Positions 13,881-31,099 are shown, counted from the stretch's first letter. The stretch: 64,000 bases of DNA from Eledone cirrhosa (GCA_964016885.1 OZ024743.1:81592001-81656000); one strand, 5' to 3'. Notes: generated by a model from the sequence alone, not told the origin. Numbers and translations are program-made.

Positions 13881-14099
13881 ACCAATGCATGGCTACACAC
13901 AGAGAAAGCCGGATATAGGCGCCTGTATAGATACATATCTATACACATATATATTAGATATATATCACACATACACTCACTAATGAAGGTTTATATGCTG
14001 AATGCTTAAATATAAAACCATGCATACAGAATTATACACCATATACACATGTTCCCACATAATCGCTCCTCCTCATGCACATATATATACACACTCAGT

Positions 14100-15970
<1,871 letters not shown>

Positions 15971-16303
15971 TGAATTCGAGATGATAAAATAAAAAAGCCG
16001 CTACAAAGAGGGTTAAAAAGAGATATATGGGTATATACGATGTATATATTTGTATGAGATCGACCTCTGTCACTTTCGATGTTGAGTATTCAGACATTTA
16101 AATTCTACGTTCAATTAAGCAGACGGTCATACACACAGTTCCCTTCTACCAATTATATTCACGAAACTTGTCTTCGATCTGAAACTATGTAAAACACCAT
16201 TGAGTTAAAACGTCATGTAACAGAATCGAACCTTGGATCTCATGATTGAAAAGAGAACTTTTGAACCTCTCAGCCAAGCCTTCAGACATATAACATATAT
16301 ATG

Positions 16304-16478
16304 GTTTCTACGTTAAGCACAAGGCCAGCAATTAACCAGTACATTGCTGGTACTTTATTTTATCGACCCCGTAAGAATGAAAGGCAAAGTTAACCTCGGC
16401 GGATTTGAACTCAGAACGTAAAGGGCAGTAACTATACTGCAAAGCATGATGTCTGACGCTCTACCGATACTGCCAAAC
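16304..16478 (-). mobile_element. tRNA-SINE with Nin-like central domain
   Basis: Minus strand CTGAGTTCAAATCCGCCGAGGTTAACTTTGCCTTTCATTCTTACGGGGTCGATAAAATAAAGTACCAG; more than 10 relatives in the window. Confidence 0.85.
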
Positions 16479-16679
16479 CACAATTAACATATATATGGTG
16501 GATGGTTAGTTGAATGTGTGTTAGATTTGTGTGTAGAGACACCCCTGGGACTCCGTCGTGATACACCATCTTGGACAATTAAAACCTGGCGGAGCTCATC
16601 TTTTCCCCAAGTCTGATGTCTTCCAGAAAATGTGTCAAACGATAATAGAGATGACGTGTGAAAGAGATATTGAAGAAGA

Positions 16680-17151
16680 TTCAACTCCAGTATTTAACTG
16701 GTATTTTTTTTATCGACCTCGAAAAGATAAAAAGAAAAAGTTGCCATCGGCGTAATTTGAAGTCGGAGAGCTGAAACAAACACTGCAAAGCATTCTACCC
16801 AACATTCTAACGACTCAGCCTTTTCACTTCTATTTGTAGACATGTATGGTCTCGTAACAACTGCTGGAGTCTTAGGGACGCCGCAATGACGTGTTTCTCG
16901 GCCATGTTAAACTTGGCAGAGCCCATCTCTTTCGATGCAGATTTCTTCCATAGAAAGTGAGAAAGAGGATGTGAGAAAGAGATATAGAGGAAGAATCGAC
17001 CCCAGTACTAGACTGGTACTTTTTTTATCGACCTCGGAAGGATGAAAGGCAAAGTTGACCTCGGTGGGATTTGAAGTCAGAGAGCAGAGAGCTGCAACAA
17101 ATACCACAGAGTATTCTATCTGATATTCTAACACTCTGCCATTCCTCCGCC
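16680..17151 (-). mobile_element. Two diverged Nin-domain SINE copies (16680-16820, 16995-17151)
   Basis: Matches to the CTGGTACTTTTTTTATCGACCTCGGAAGGATGAAAGGCAAAGTTGACCTCGG motif. Confidence 0.75.
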
Positions 17152-17256
17152 TATCTATTTCTATATATGTAGGCATTAATTATAAATCAATGTATATGAT
17201 TATTTAGATACGTAAACATATTTTACAATATGTATTGAATGTCTCTCTGTGGATAT

Positions 17257-17324
<68 letters not shown>

Positions 17325-17329
17325 ATGTG

Positions 17330-17380
<51 letters not shown>

Positions 17381-18499
17381 ATGTATATATATATATATAT
17401 ATATATATGCATGTGTTAATATGTGAGCGTGTGCATGTGCAAATATATGCAAAACACCTGAATATATTTATGTACGTGTATATGTGTCTGTGTTGTGCGT
17501 GTGTAAAATATGCAAAGAAAAAACATGATATTCGTATTTAAGTGTTTGTGTTGTGCTTGCGTATGTGTATGTTTGTGTGTATGTTTGTGTGTATGTGTAT
17601 GTTTGTGTGTATGTTTGTGTGTATGTGTATGTTTGTGTGTATGTGTGTGTATGTGTGTTCTTTCTTTATCTCCTATTGCCATCTTTCTCATGAATACTAT
17701 ATTACCCAACTCTCACTCTTTCCTCCCCTTTTTCTCCCTCTCATTCTATTTACCTATCTAACTATATAGCCATCCCTCCCCCCTCTCTCTCTACTATATA
17801 GCCATTCCCTTCTCCTCTCTACTATATAGCCATACCCTCCCCCCTCTCTCTCTATCTATCTCTCTAAAAAAACTGTCTAGTTATTACTCTGTCCCTCTCT
17901 ATTCTATTGTTCTAATTCAACATTGTTCTTATTCTACATTTCAACCGATTCTTTATTGTTGGTATAATATCTACCTCTTACCTCCCTCACTGCATCCCTC
18001 TTACCTCTCTCGCTCTCTCTCACTCTCTCTCTCTCTCTCACTCTCTTTCTCTCTATTAATCTATCCTTCATTGAAACAGACCCTTTCATCTTTGCCGCTC
18101 TCTTTCTACTTGACGTAGTGTGACGTAATAACTGAAAACATTTCACGCTCGGTTTCCCATCAAAATCTAAAATGATTTCCCCAATTCATCATGTTCAGAG
18201 ATTTAGTCAATAAAGTTATTAATAATAACGATTTTCTTCATTATAGTTGATTACATCAACTGTGAAACTCTCCAATTTTTGCCGGAGTAGACGACTGTTA
18301 ATGGGATCGATAAATGCTGCTTTTATTTCTATTGACTGGCAAAACAATGTCAACCAGCGCTGACTGAATTTGATCTCGAAACTAAATACTGCCATGTCTT
18401 TATTCCTCAGTTCTTTTGTCTCAGCCACATCAACCATAACCCCAAACTTCTTTTTTTTAAACAAAATATTGGAATTTAACTGAGTACATTGTATGCAGG

Positions 18500-18840
18500 T
18501 GATCAGGACTGGCGCTACCATTAGAACAACTAGGACGTCATCAAATGTGCAGAGTGTTATTAGGTCAAATAAGTTCAACCAGAACCTCGAATGATGGCCT
18601 TCCCCAACGTTCCGTCATGGCACCAATGCTCTTATATATTTATGTGAGTGATATACTCAGGACAACCTCGAGGAAATGTCCATATATAGATGGCCTTGCC
18701 TTGGCAACCCAATCTACTTTGACAAACTCAAATCCCAGAAGATCCGAAGAAGATGGAGGACTACTACTCCTACAGGCGCCTTCGGCCCAACCCAAGTAAG
18801 TCCACAGTGACAGATTCTGTCGATCTAACTTCACCCGAGA
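18500..18840 (+). pseudogene. Degenerate RT fragment, I-group/Ingi-like LINE
   Basis: NDGLPQRSVMAPMLLYIYVSDILRTTSRKCPYIDGLALATQ resembles the GLPQGSVLAP...YADD block. Confidence 0.65.
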
Positions 18841-19306
18841 CTATCATAGAAACATTCAAACACAATCGAACCCGAGTCCTTATGGTTACGAATCGAACCT
18901 CTTAGCCACGCAGACATGCCTGCGTCCAGTAAATGATGTCCAGTTGTCCTTTTACATCACCAAGAGTACCAGTACCTGGATATTTAATCCCCTAAGCTAG
19001 ACACACAATGTGTGCCCCATTCTCTCAATTGTGCTCCCCAATTCTTACAAATAGAATAATATCTCCTTACAATTTGGCAAGCTGACTACTCTCGTATTTA
19101 ACATCTCTTGATTTGACGAAACTAAGAAAATTAAACAAGACTACATTTTCTACCACACATTCTTCATTCACTCTCACCGAATCATGTCACAGATCACAAC
19201 ATACGACCCCCTCCACCACTTTCTTTATTCCTACAACGCCGTTATACAGTAAAGATGTTCACTGATTTCTGTACTGATCATAGAAAATTATAAATCTAAT
19301 TTAATT

Positions 19307-19473
19307 GTTTCTACTTTTGGCACAAGGCCAGCAATTATCCCAGTGTATTACTGGTACTTTATTTTATTGACCCCGTAAGGATGAAAGGCAAAGTTAACCT
19401 CGGCGGGATTTGAACTCAGATCATAAAGAGAGGTAACTCTATGCTGTAAAGCATAGCGTTTGATCCTCTACGA
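19307..19473 (-). mobile_element. Nin-domain tRNA-SINE
   Basis: Close match to the 47108-47292 copy. Confidence 0.88.
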
Positions 19474-20170
19474 GCGTTTATATTAACCGTTCTGTGTTCG
19501 TAGCTGAAGACGAGTTACTCTTGCATGGAGACTCTTATTGAAAATGCTTGCATGGAACGCCCGGCTTAAATTTTCATCCGGGTCTTTCATATTATTTACA
19601 ATAGTAAAAATATTAATTTGGAAAAGTTTAAACGTTGCGGTGTCCCTGATTTCAGCCAAGTCACCACGGCCACCACCACAGCCAGACAAAACTATGTAAA
19701 TCAATGGACGTTTGATCCTCACTTCGTTATATTTTAAAATGAAATATTACATTAAAAGATCCATGTGTCTGCTACAGGCTGTGAAATTTGTCATAAATCA
19801 GAGGTTTAATCTTACCCTAGTAATAATATTTATATAGAAAGTTTCAACTGAAGAGTTTTCTGCTGACCATTATATGTGATGTTCGGCAAACTGTAAAGGA
19901 ATTTTCATCTCATCATTTTTACAATGTTTATATAGTTTTACAGTAACTTTACCCACATTAAAGACGTTTGTTAATTAATCATTGAACTTGCTGAAGGACG
20001 TTAGCAAGTGTAGCATTAGTAGAAAACTTATGTTTAAATCAAATCTGTCTTCTTTCTTGGCTTTGTGACATCTTGACAAATTATCTTCCTTCTCCCAGTT
20101 TTATTTCCTAGAAGCTAAGTTCTAACACACACACACACACGCACTCTCTCTCTTTCTCTTTCTCTCTCTC

Positions 20171-20243
<73 letters not shown>

Positions 20244-20532
20244 CATATAAGTTTCAGTCGGTTTTTATAATTGTTTCTCTTTCTTTGTGTGTGTCTTTTA
20301 AGCCTTTTTATTTTAGTTTATTTCTTTCTCGTTATCTTTACTTTCCATTTATCTATCATTCCATTTGTGTGACACCAAGTGCCTATTGTCAGTTTGTTAC
20401 TCTGTCTCATATCTTTCAAGTTTAGGGTTCACAGATATGGCAGCAACGGCAGAGCGTCAAACAAAACTAATGTGCTTCATATTAAATTTCATGGAGCTTC
20501 ACATGCTAAGATCAAATCTCACAATTTAAGCA

Positions 20533-20647
<115 letters not shown>

Positions 20648-20844
20648 AAATAAGAATCTGTAAAATAGTGAAAATAACATTATCGACTCTACCCCTGCCC
20701 AGCTGAAAACTTCACCCTGGGCCTCGTCAGAATAAATCGATATATTTTAAAAGCAAATACTCTGTTTGGAGAAAAAAACAATGTACAAGCTTTGTTTCTG
20801 ACGGCTGTTTTGCATGTCTTCTAAGGGAGATAACTGGTGGAATG

Positions 20845-20922
<78 letters not shown>

Positions 20923-21243
20923 ATTCTGAACTAAATAAAACCGTATGGGTAAGTCGTCTGCAAAAGTACAAAACAGCAGCAGGATTGCATCACATTAAAA
21001 AGTAAAGAACGTATTTCTCTAATGCTACATATTTTCACAACAATCTGACCTTTACTATTGATACTACAAACGTTTGAACTAACATTACAGACTGTTATGT
21101 GATAAAAGACAGCCATATTGTTGTTTCCTGGTTTTATTCTATACACACACACACATACACACACAAAGTAGTAATTCAAATTTAAAGTTTAAGTGTAATA
21201 TATTTTATTCATTTATACACACAGACACACACACACACACACA

Positions 21244-21372
<129 letters not shown>

Positions 21373-21534
21373 AAATAGTAATTCATATTTAAAGTTTAAG
21401 ATGTAATCTACGTCATATTTCTATAATACTTATTTCTGATATATTTCACATCGTCTGTACCAAGTAATCACAATTCGTTAAATTCATGTGACATTCATGA
21501 AGATGGTTGGATTAGGCGTAATACCATATTTACC

Positions 21535-21885
21535 TTTGTCTTGTCTTATTTAGCCGTGTCTTGTCTTCTTATTTAGCCGTGTCTTGTCTTATTTAGCCAT
21601 GTCTTGTCTTGTCTTATTTAGCTGTCTTGTTTTATTTAGCCGTGTCTTCTTTTTTTTATTTAGCCGTGTCTTGTCTTGTCTTATTTAGCCGTGTCTTGTC
21701 TTATTTAGCCGTGTCTTCTTATTTAGCCGTGTCGTGTCTTCTTATTTAACCGTGTCTTCTTATTTAGCCGTATCTTAGTTAACCATGTCTTGTCTTCTTA
21801 TTTAGCCGTGTCTTATTTAACCATGTCTTGTCTTCTTATTTACCCGTGTCTTACTATTTAGCCGTATGTCTTGTCTTCTTGTTTT
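21535..21885. repeat. Variable-length minisatellite TTATTTAGCCGTGTC(TTGTC/TTC)n
   Basis: About 17 units with a conserved core and a variable linker. Confidence 0.9.
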
Positions 21886-22405
21886 CATGTTCCACCTGTG
21901 GTCAACTGTACCTCTTTCGCCCCGGGGGGTTGACGATGAAATGAATACCAGAAATGCAGTGAAGTCGATTTAATCGTGTCTTCTTCCTCTCTTTTGAAGA
22001 AGTAGCTTTTATGTTTAAATCAGAAATCTTTATCATTAGACAAAACCTTTTGACAAGTCACCCGACTCCACTACAATATGGACGACCAGGGAATTTCAAT
22101 TCGGAAAAGTATAAAAAAAAACAAGAGATATAATTTTTTTCTAGTGGTATGTTAGTAGTTTATAAAGAATTTCCTTAGCGCGCTTACTTTAAGTGCGTCG
22201 CCCAGAGGCGTATGAATTATATTTTCTTATCGGATTCTACATCTTCATTTCACAGGGCATTCAACTCAATCATGGGCTTTGTAAGTGAGATAGTCTTACC
22301 CTTTGGGCAAACCTCACTTTCTTTCTCTCTCCAATAGGCGTTTTAGCAAAGGACGATTAATTTTATACACATACGTATGTGTATGTAATTGTTTCTCTAC
22401 GTGTA

Positions 22406-22458
<53 letters not shown>

Positions 22459-22772
22459 TTTGTATGCGTGTGTGTCTGTGCTACTGTATGTGTGTGTGGG
22501 CGTGTGCGTGTGTTTGTGTGTGACTGTATGTGTCTATGTGTGTGTGTGTGCATGCGTGTGTATACATGTATGTGTATGTATATGTGAGTGTGTGTGTGCG
22601 TGTGCGATTTGTATGTTACTTGTAAAGTTCAGCGGAACATCGTGTTTATAAATGCAAAAGCATCGTCTAGATTTAGTTGCCTAGTTGCTAGGATACACAC
22701 ACATTATATATGTTAGTGTGTGTTTGTATAATCATATATATATATACATATATATATAATGTAAATGTATAT

Positions 22773-22803
<31 letters not shown>

Positions 22804-23089
22804 ACGTAAGTGTGAATATATATACATAAATATAATGTATGTGTATATATATATATATACATACATAATGTATGTGTATGTGTATATATATATATATATA
22901 TATGTATACTATATATGTGTGTGTTTTACATAACTTTTAACTACAGCTGTATTGCTTTCAAATAATATTCTTCATTTTCACCCTGACTCTTCTCTCTCTC
23001 TCTATCTCTCTCTCTCTCTCTCTCTCTCACACACCGTGAGAGAGAGAGAGATATATAGTATGTTTGTGTGAGAGAGAGAGAGAGATATA

Positions 23090-23129
<40 letters not shown>

Positions 23130-23167
23130 TATATAGTATGTTTGTGTGAGAGAGAGAGAGAGATATA

Positions 23168-23203
<36 letters not shown>

Positions 23204-23263
23204 TAGTGTGTGTGTGTGTTGTGGGTGAGTGTGTGTGTGTTTGAGAGAGAGTGTGTGCGTGTG

Positions 23264-23296
<33 letters not shown>

Positions 23297-23368
23297 TCAA
23301 GTGACTCTAATGCAGTATTATTTCACTACCACCAAAGAACATTCATCTAACGATGACAAGAAATAATA

Positions 23369-23535
23369 GTTTCTACTTCAGGCACAAGACCAGCCATTGG
23401 GGGGGGGGGGGGGGTCGATCAAATCAACCCCAGTGCATTACTGGTACTTTATTTTATCGACCCTGTAAGGATGAAAGGCAAAGCTAATCTCGGCGGCATT
23501 TCAACTCAGAACGTTATGGGGCGTAACTCTGTGCT
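23369..23535 (-). mobile_element. Nin-domain tRNA-SINE with internal poly-G
   Basis: Shared SINE motifs. Confidence 0.85.
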
Positions 23536-23599
23536 GCCATACACCTTTACAACTTTGTATTTTTATCCTGCTTCGCTTGCGTTTTTCATACAATATGTA

Positions 23600-24529
<930 letters not shown>

Positions 24530-24531
<2 letters not shown>

Positions 24532-25043
24532 AGGAACAACTATTAAATAAAAAGGATGAACTCGTGATTTTGTGTAAACACCGGGTTTACAAACCACACC
24601 TCAACTTTAGATCTTCTTACGATCCAAGACAACATCCATTGTGCTCATCCACACCGGCGTATACGCCCTCATGTAAACACAGTACTATGCGTTCACACCT
24701 AGGTCCATACAGTACAGATGCACACATGCAGACACCCAGATCTAGCGCTAGATCTGGGTGTCTGCCTGGGTCTTGGCTCTGGCTGTGGTCTTCTGGGATC
24801 TGCAGGTGAGATTGAGGTCGACTCGTGCTCATGTGTGCGTCTGTACTGTATGGACCTAGGTGTGGACGCATAGTTGTGTGTGTAGATGTACTGTGTTTAC
24901 ATGAGGGCGTATACGCCGGTGTGGATGAGCACAATGGATGTTGTCTTGGATCGTAAGAAGGTCTAAAGTTGAGGTGTGGTTTGTAAACCCGGTGTTTACA
25001 CAAAATCACGAGTTCATCCTTTTTATTTAATAGTTGTTCCTTG
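24530..25043. mobile_element. TA-embedded near-perfect fold-back (MITE-like) element
   Basis: ~200-bp inverted arms, (TA)n on both sides, and an internal perfect 38-bp palindrome at 24728-24765. Confidence 0.85.
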
Positions 25044-25067
25044 ATATATATATATATATATATATGT

Positions 25068-25262
25068 AGGAAAATGTTCAAGACCCCGACGGCACAGCTC
25101 AAGCCGTTTCGACAGCTATTTCTGGACTGTAATAGACGTTTACCGCTTGAGCTCTGCCATCGATATCTTGAATATTTTCTTATTACCCACTCTACTACCC
25201 AAAGTATCGAGTACTCTGGTGCGTTATGGTCCACTTGGTTCCTGACCACACTTCCTTCGTTA
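25068..25262. mobile_element. Family F1 copy 2 (opposite orientation to 819-1028)
   Basis: Shared GACCCCGACGGC...GCTCAAGCCGTTTCGAC and CCACTCTACTACCC...TGGTTCCT blocks. Confidence 0.8.
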
Positions 25263-25324
25263 TATGTATATATATATGTATATATATATATATATTTAAT
25301 ATAGAATTGGCTTCTACATATACA

Positions 25325-25389
<65 letters not shown>

Positions 25390-25393
<4 letters not shown>

Positions 25394-26087
25394 CATATTT
25401 TTCCTCACACGTCATAAAAGTGGCGACAATGTGCAGACGACTCGCTGGATGGATCTTGGGGACTTTCCGGACAAGAGACCGAGACACCATGTTGACACTA
25501 TGGATGACATTTGTGGTCACCCCATATTGTCAAACTAACCACGGAGCTTGAGGCAATCCAGCGAAGCTATACCAAGAGGATTGCCACGATGAAGGAGATA
25601 AGCTACTGGGAGAGGCTAAAAGAACTGAACCTCTACTCCTTGGAACGTAGACGGGAGAGGTACGCAGTGATCTACATGTGGGAAATCCTGGAGGGACTAG
25701 CACCAAACTTTGGCATTGGGAGCTGGACTAACCGTCTAACAGGACATCACCGTGTGGTGCCAAAGGTCCCGTCTTCCACATCTAGAATAAAGAGAAGATA
25801 TTGCAATATCCTGGGGTTGAAGGGCCCTCAAATCTTCAACAAGCTGCCGAGGGATCTGAGAGATCTGCATGGTGTGGGGGTGGATGTCTTCAAGAAACAT
25901 CTCGACACCTTGCTATCCAGGATCCCGGATGAACCCACAGCAAGACACGAGAGCAGCAGCAACAAACTCCCTCTTGCATCAGAGGCCAACCAATACAGGC
26001 TGGAGATAAAATATGTAGAAACAAGGGCGGTGACCCAGCGTGGCCTCAGTCGGATGGCTGGAACAGGTAAAACAGTAAAAGAGTAAA
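25390..26087 (+). pseudogene. 3' end of a CR1/L2-group LINE ORF2
   Basis: WSPH...LEAIQRSYTKRI..MKEISYWERLKELNLYSLERRRERY..IY.W.ILEG...FNKLP is the typical post-RT C-terminal domain. Confidence 0.85.
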
Positions 26088-26194
26088 ATATATATATATA
26101 TGAATATATATATATGTAGAAGCCAATTCTATATTAAATATATACATATCGAAGTGGTTAAAGCTTGGCTGGTATTATATCATATATATATATA

Positions 26195-27089
26195 CGAGGT
26201 GTGTCAGAAAAGTTCCAGGACTGATGTCACAAAAGATTTATTTCAAACCCAAACTTCACACTAAGAGTTTCCTCCTTCAAATACTCTCCCTGGAGTCTAA
26301 TGCATTCTTCCATCCTTTTCTGCCACGCTTGCATGCACTCCTGGAAGGATTCTTCCGGGATCCTCAGCAGTTCCGTCGTCACAGCCTTTTTTATGTCGTC
26401 CACGTCTTCAAAACCGGTCCCCTCCGGGTCGTACTCAAAGATCCATGACTCATCACCGGTGATGACTGTCCCTAGCAAGTCTGGTTCGGTTTCAAGACGC
26501 TCAAGGATGTCCTGGCACACTTGCATGCGTCGACCCTTCTGGTCATCGTTCAACAGTTTTGGCATCATCTTTGCGTAGAGTTTCCCCATGTTCAAATCTT
26601 CAGTGAGAATCTTCCAGACGCTGTCCCGATTCATGCCCAGCTCATTTGCCATCAGTCGAACAGTCAGCCGACGATCACTACGCACCATCTGCCTGACGCG
26701 CTCAACGTTGACGTCAGTCCTGGTTGTTGAGGGCCTTCCGCTCCTGGGGTGATCTTCCACGTCCTCACATCCTTCTGTAAACCTCTTGCACCACTCAAAA
26801 ACACGTGAGCGTGACATCGTCTCATCTCCATACACTTGCTGCAGCAATCCCAGTGCTTCTGACGGAGATTTCAAGTTTGTTCGTTGATCTGTGCTCATTG
26901 TTTGACGACCTGAAACAGAGGACATGTATATAAAATTATGAAGAAAAAAGTTTGATCGCTGCAGAGAGCTAAAATTACAGTTACATACTCCAGGGGGATT
27001 ACTTTGAAGGAGAAAGCTCTTAGTGTGAAGTTTGGGTTTGAAATAAATCTTTTGTGACATCAGTCCTGGAACTTTTCTGACCCACCTCG
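26195..27089 (-). mobile_element. Mariner (Tc1/mariner) DNA transposon, internally deleted, non-autonomous
   Basis: TIRs begin CGAGGTG(T/G)GTCAGAAAAGTTCCAGGACTG and extend ~100 bp, with TA flanks. Transposase HTH ([26 protein letters not shown]) and [14 protein letters not shown] are present; the D,D34D core is deleted. Confidence 0.95.
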
Positions 27090-27266
<177 letters not shown>

Positions 27267-29499
27267 CATATATATATATGATATAATACCAGCGAAGCTT
27301 AAAACACTTCGATATTTAAATGAGAAAGTAATCAACTTGTGTTAACTTCAGGCTAGTACCTCCCTCGTTGGTGGAGCTATATGTTGATTGACAAGTGAGC
27401 GGGAGGGAGGGGGTGGAGGTATAATGCTGAAGCAGAGGATAAATCAGCAAGGAAGTCAAAGTAAAAATAATTTTTAAAATAAAAATCAAATTAGGAGAGA
27501 ATAAAATAAAATAAGAACATCCGCGGTGAAACTTTTTATTATTTGAAAATATTTGAGTTGTAGTTAAAAGTTATGTAATAGATATTTTCATTGGCACAGG
27601 TTGAACAAGTTGGTCCTTGGGGCTAACGAAACGTGCGTACTTTGTATGGCACTATTGTAGAAACTAGCCTTAATAATTATATTCAAACTCGACCTATGGA
27701 CTTGCGTTGCTATATCCATAGGATATTTTACCTACCTATCTCTACCACTATATGTATATACTCTCCGGTATTCAATAGACGTCCCACCACACCCACTTAT
27801 CAGTTTTTCATGGAGCCCCTCTTCCCCGCTTAGTAAACTTTGCTAATCTATCTCCGGCGAAATGTTATTGTAAAACACCCCAGCACTGCTCAAGTAACCG
27901 AAACGATGAAAGGCAAACGTGGCTGCAGTGGTTCGAACTTAGTGTGTTGGGAGTTGGAATAAAACCTTCTATCCGGCAGACGACTCTACCAATGCGGCAC
28001 CTTAATAAACAATAGGGGATTATTAGTGGAGGTTTCGTGTGTGGGGGTTTCTTTTTTTCTTGCTTGTTTGTTTTTATGTGGAGGTGTTTTTACGGTGGTA
28101 TACTCTAACACTGGACCCCACTGGGTTGTTGTAAAGGTAATGACAGAGGATTTTAATGTCATAATAAATAGCAGAGACAGACAGACAGACTGACTCCTTT
28201 GAAATATTTATTGCATCCGAGACACTCATTGTGCTTTAGTTATAGCTTTATATATGGTTAACTATATATTTGTGAGACTTTCAATGGCGGCGTCTTTGCC
28301 AGCACGTACTTTTGTCGCAGTAATTCCAGCAGCCACAGATGAAAACATAGTCAAACACCGTCTGTAATACACACTAGCGCAAGATTTCTACAGTGATTGC
28401 TTCTTGCTTTAGACAGCTCAGATTCATTAATTAAAACTTCTTTGACTCTACCACACTCCTTTCTACTCAACAGTCACTCCGTTATTAGAAAAGCATGGAT
28501 CGTTGGTGAATGGTTTGAGACAGCTTGTATAAATCTTATTCAAAATATTTGATTTTTAACATCCTCTAATGATTTAGCAGACGGTATACAATATCGAGTT
28601 TGTTAATTCAAATGTGTAAAGTATTTTTACTAGTGGACAGATAGACTATTGTGGAAATTTGTAATAATAAAATAAAGACTTTAACCCTTAATGCGATGCA
28701 TCATAGTGGTGTACTTTTCGAGGATTTCTTCCTAATGTGGTTTCATGTAGAACAGGGCATTAAGTGTTAAAAAAAACCAATAGTGTGTCAGATATATGGT
28801 AAACCAACTTAGCAAATTTGGGCGCAGGTATGACTGATTGTTGAAGAAAGTCGTTTCGTAACCCTGGTGTTCTACGCTTGACGCAAGTGCATGGCATCCT
28901 GGTAAACATTTTTGCCATACCCTAGGGTAGAACCAAGCTATAAAAATGAAAGTAAATAGAAGGAAATTATGTGGAAGTCCGTCGGGTGAATTGTATCTAT
29001 AATTCAATGATGTCACACTATCACGCCGTGTCTGCTTGAGAATTACATTGAGGATATATATGTCTGTGGAATATTCTGACAACTACACGATCATTTCCGA
29101 GCTAGCCATTTAGTTGAGAGGAACATTGAAAGCTCACCGTCTTCATCGACGAAAGATCTATCATGCTACACTTAATAACTCTTGCAAGTAAATAAATCAC
29201 TGTTGATGGTGAACTGAAGTTGTTGGGTGAGAAACTTCGTAACCGAAATATAACTTCTTCAACATTTTATGAAACAGAACCAAAAATGAAGAGCCTCAGC
29301 ATGGAAAACCTTTAAGGAAAATAATTATATGCTGCGATATATGTATGTTGTGGCCCACGGTAACCGCAAGAGCCAGTCAATGAACGGTTGTCACGTTCAC
29401 CTTTCCACATTCATTCACTTTCTCTTTTCTAACTGCAGAAATCCAGTCATATGCCGTCACATGATCGCAACAGACAAAATAGAAAGTTACCCGTACACA

Positions 29500-29880
29500 A
29501 TCTTTATGCTATAGCGAATAAAAGCGCTCAAAAGGGGATTCTTCCGAAGGTTCCTTGGAGTAACGCTACTCGATAGAGATCAGAGTCACTCCAGGTAGAG
29601 CCACTACTTCTCCGAATTGAGGGATCACAACTCTGATGCTATGGGTATATGATTAAAATGTTACAAACATGAATCACTGGACAGACTTTACGAGCAAAAC
29701 CAACAGTCAGGTGTCCTAGGGATTGATACCGAGCAGGACGGTTGGATAACATCTATGAGCTGGGATGGTCTCGCTTGGGGATCCTGTCGGATCAGTTGGA
29801 GATGGATGCTTCTGATAGGACCTGCTGGAAGAAGTGTTTGAGGACTCTTCCTCCATTGTCCTCTCAGGAATAAGTGGGCG
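29500..29880 (+). pseudogene. RTE-clade LINE 3' fragment
   Basis: ESLQVEPLLLRIE.SQL..YGY.I.M and ...LDNIYELGWSRLGI...ASDRTCWKKCL resemble an RTE C-terminus. Confidence 0.65.
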
Positions 29881-31099
29881 AAGAAGTGGGGGATGGGAGG
29901 ATTATCGTAAAATATATTTGGTATAATGTCCCATTCAGTGGCATACATTGTTGTAGGGGAATTGAGGGATTGATCCCGGGACCCCAATGATTGCGAGGTG
30001 GTCTTCGTAACCATTTAGTTCTGCTTATGTCCTCATCTATACCATAACCAACGATGGCATTCATTTTCTTCGTATTCATATAAAGACGTATTTGGCATCA
30101 GGTGAACCTGTTCACCTTTCCCATCTTATCACAGACACGTCCGATTCTCTGCCACACGTTCTTGATAATTTCTTCTCATTTTGCTATCGACGTGGGTGGC
30201 TTCCGTTGTAGAAATTTCATTACCACCTGCACGTGAAATAAGTGTTTCATTCTAAAGTGAAAGCAGCTGTGTATAGACAAGTATTCATTGTCCAATAAAT
30301 GCAATAACATTTTTCGTAGTGTCCCTAGTGATATCGTCCAATATTTGTACCACGGCAGTGATAGTGTTGTTATGTTTTTTAACCTACTTTTGTCAAAAAT
30401 CTTGGTGCTTTTGTTTTGTTTTTCTAAAGAGAGATTTTAAGAACTTAGGAAATATTTGCTACAAACTACGGTTTTAAATTGATTTTGTTCGTATTGTATA
30501 TATTCTACAAACATCTCTGTGGGATTGGTTATATCTGAGGGTATTATGTGGTGGCGGTGGCGGTGGTGATTGTGCTTGTGGTATAGTGATGGAATGATGG
30601 TGATGGGGTTTGGTGTGTTTGTGTTAGTGGTGGGTGATTATGGTTGTTGCGATTTTGGTGTTGCTGGTGCTGATAGGATGATGATGGGGGTTGTGGTGGA
30701 TTTCTTAGCAGCGTTGGTGGGACAGTGATGATAATGAAGGTGGTGATGGTGGGGGGTGGCGAGATGTCAATTGTGTGTTTACATCGCTATATCTATAGTT
30801 TTGCCGAGTAAGAATCAATTATGTTTGCCTCACTATCAATTTAAATATATAAACAAGACGCCTATAAGACTCAGCTGTGTTGTCCTGATGTCTGTTCAAA
30901 ATAGAGAAGGTTCCAGGTTCAATGGCAAGAAATAAGACATTAAGCAAAAGTCTTTAAACTTCGAGCAATACTATGTGAGTTGAATAATGAAATCAGACCC
31001 CGTTCATATATATGACTGACTGAGTACACACGTGCTTTTTCTAAAAAAATGTCTTTCCCTCCTCTTCGCATTCTCTATCGTTCTATTTCATCTTTTATT

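Noticed and set aside
19500-19560. CTGAAGA...GAAA as a hammerhead
   Set aside because: Stems I and II cannot be closed convincingly.
20680-20735. Minus-strand CTGACGA with a GCCCAG/CTGGGC stem
   Set aside because: No GAAA follows the stem; at best a heavily decayed relic.
21535-21885. CRISPR-like repeat-spacer pattern
   Set aside because: The linkers are repeated 3-5 bp modules, not unique spacers.
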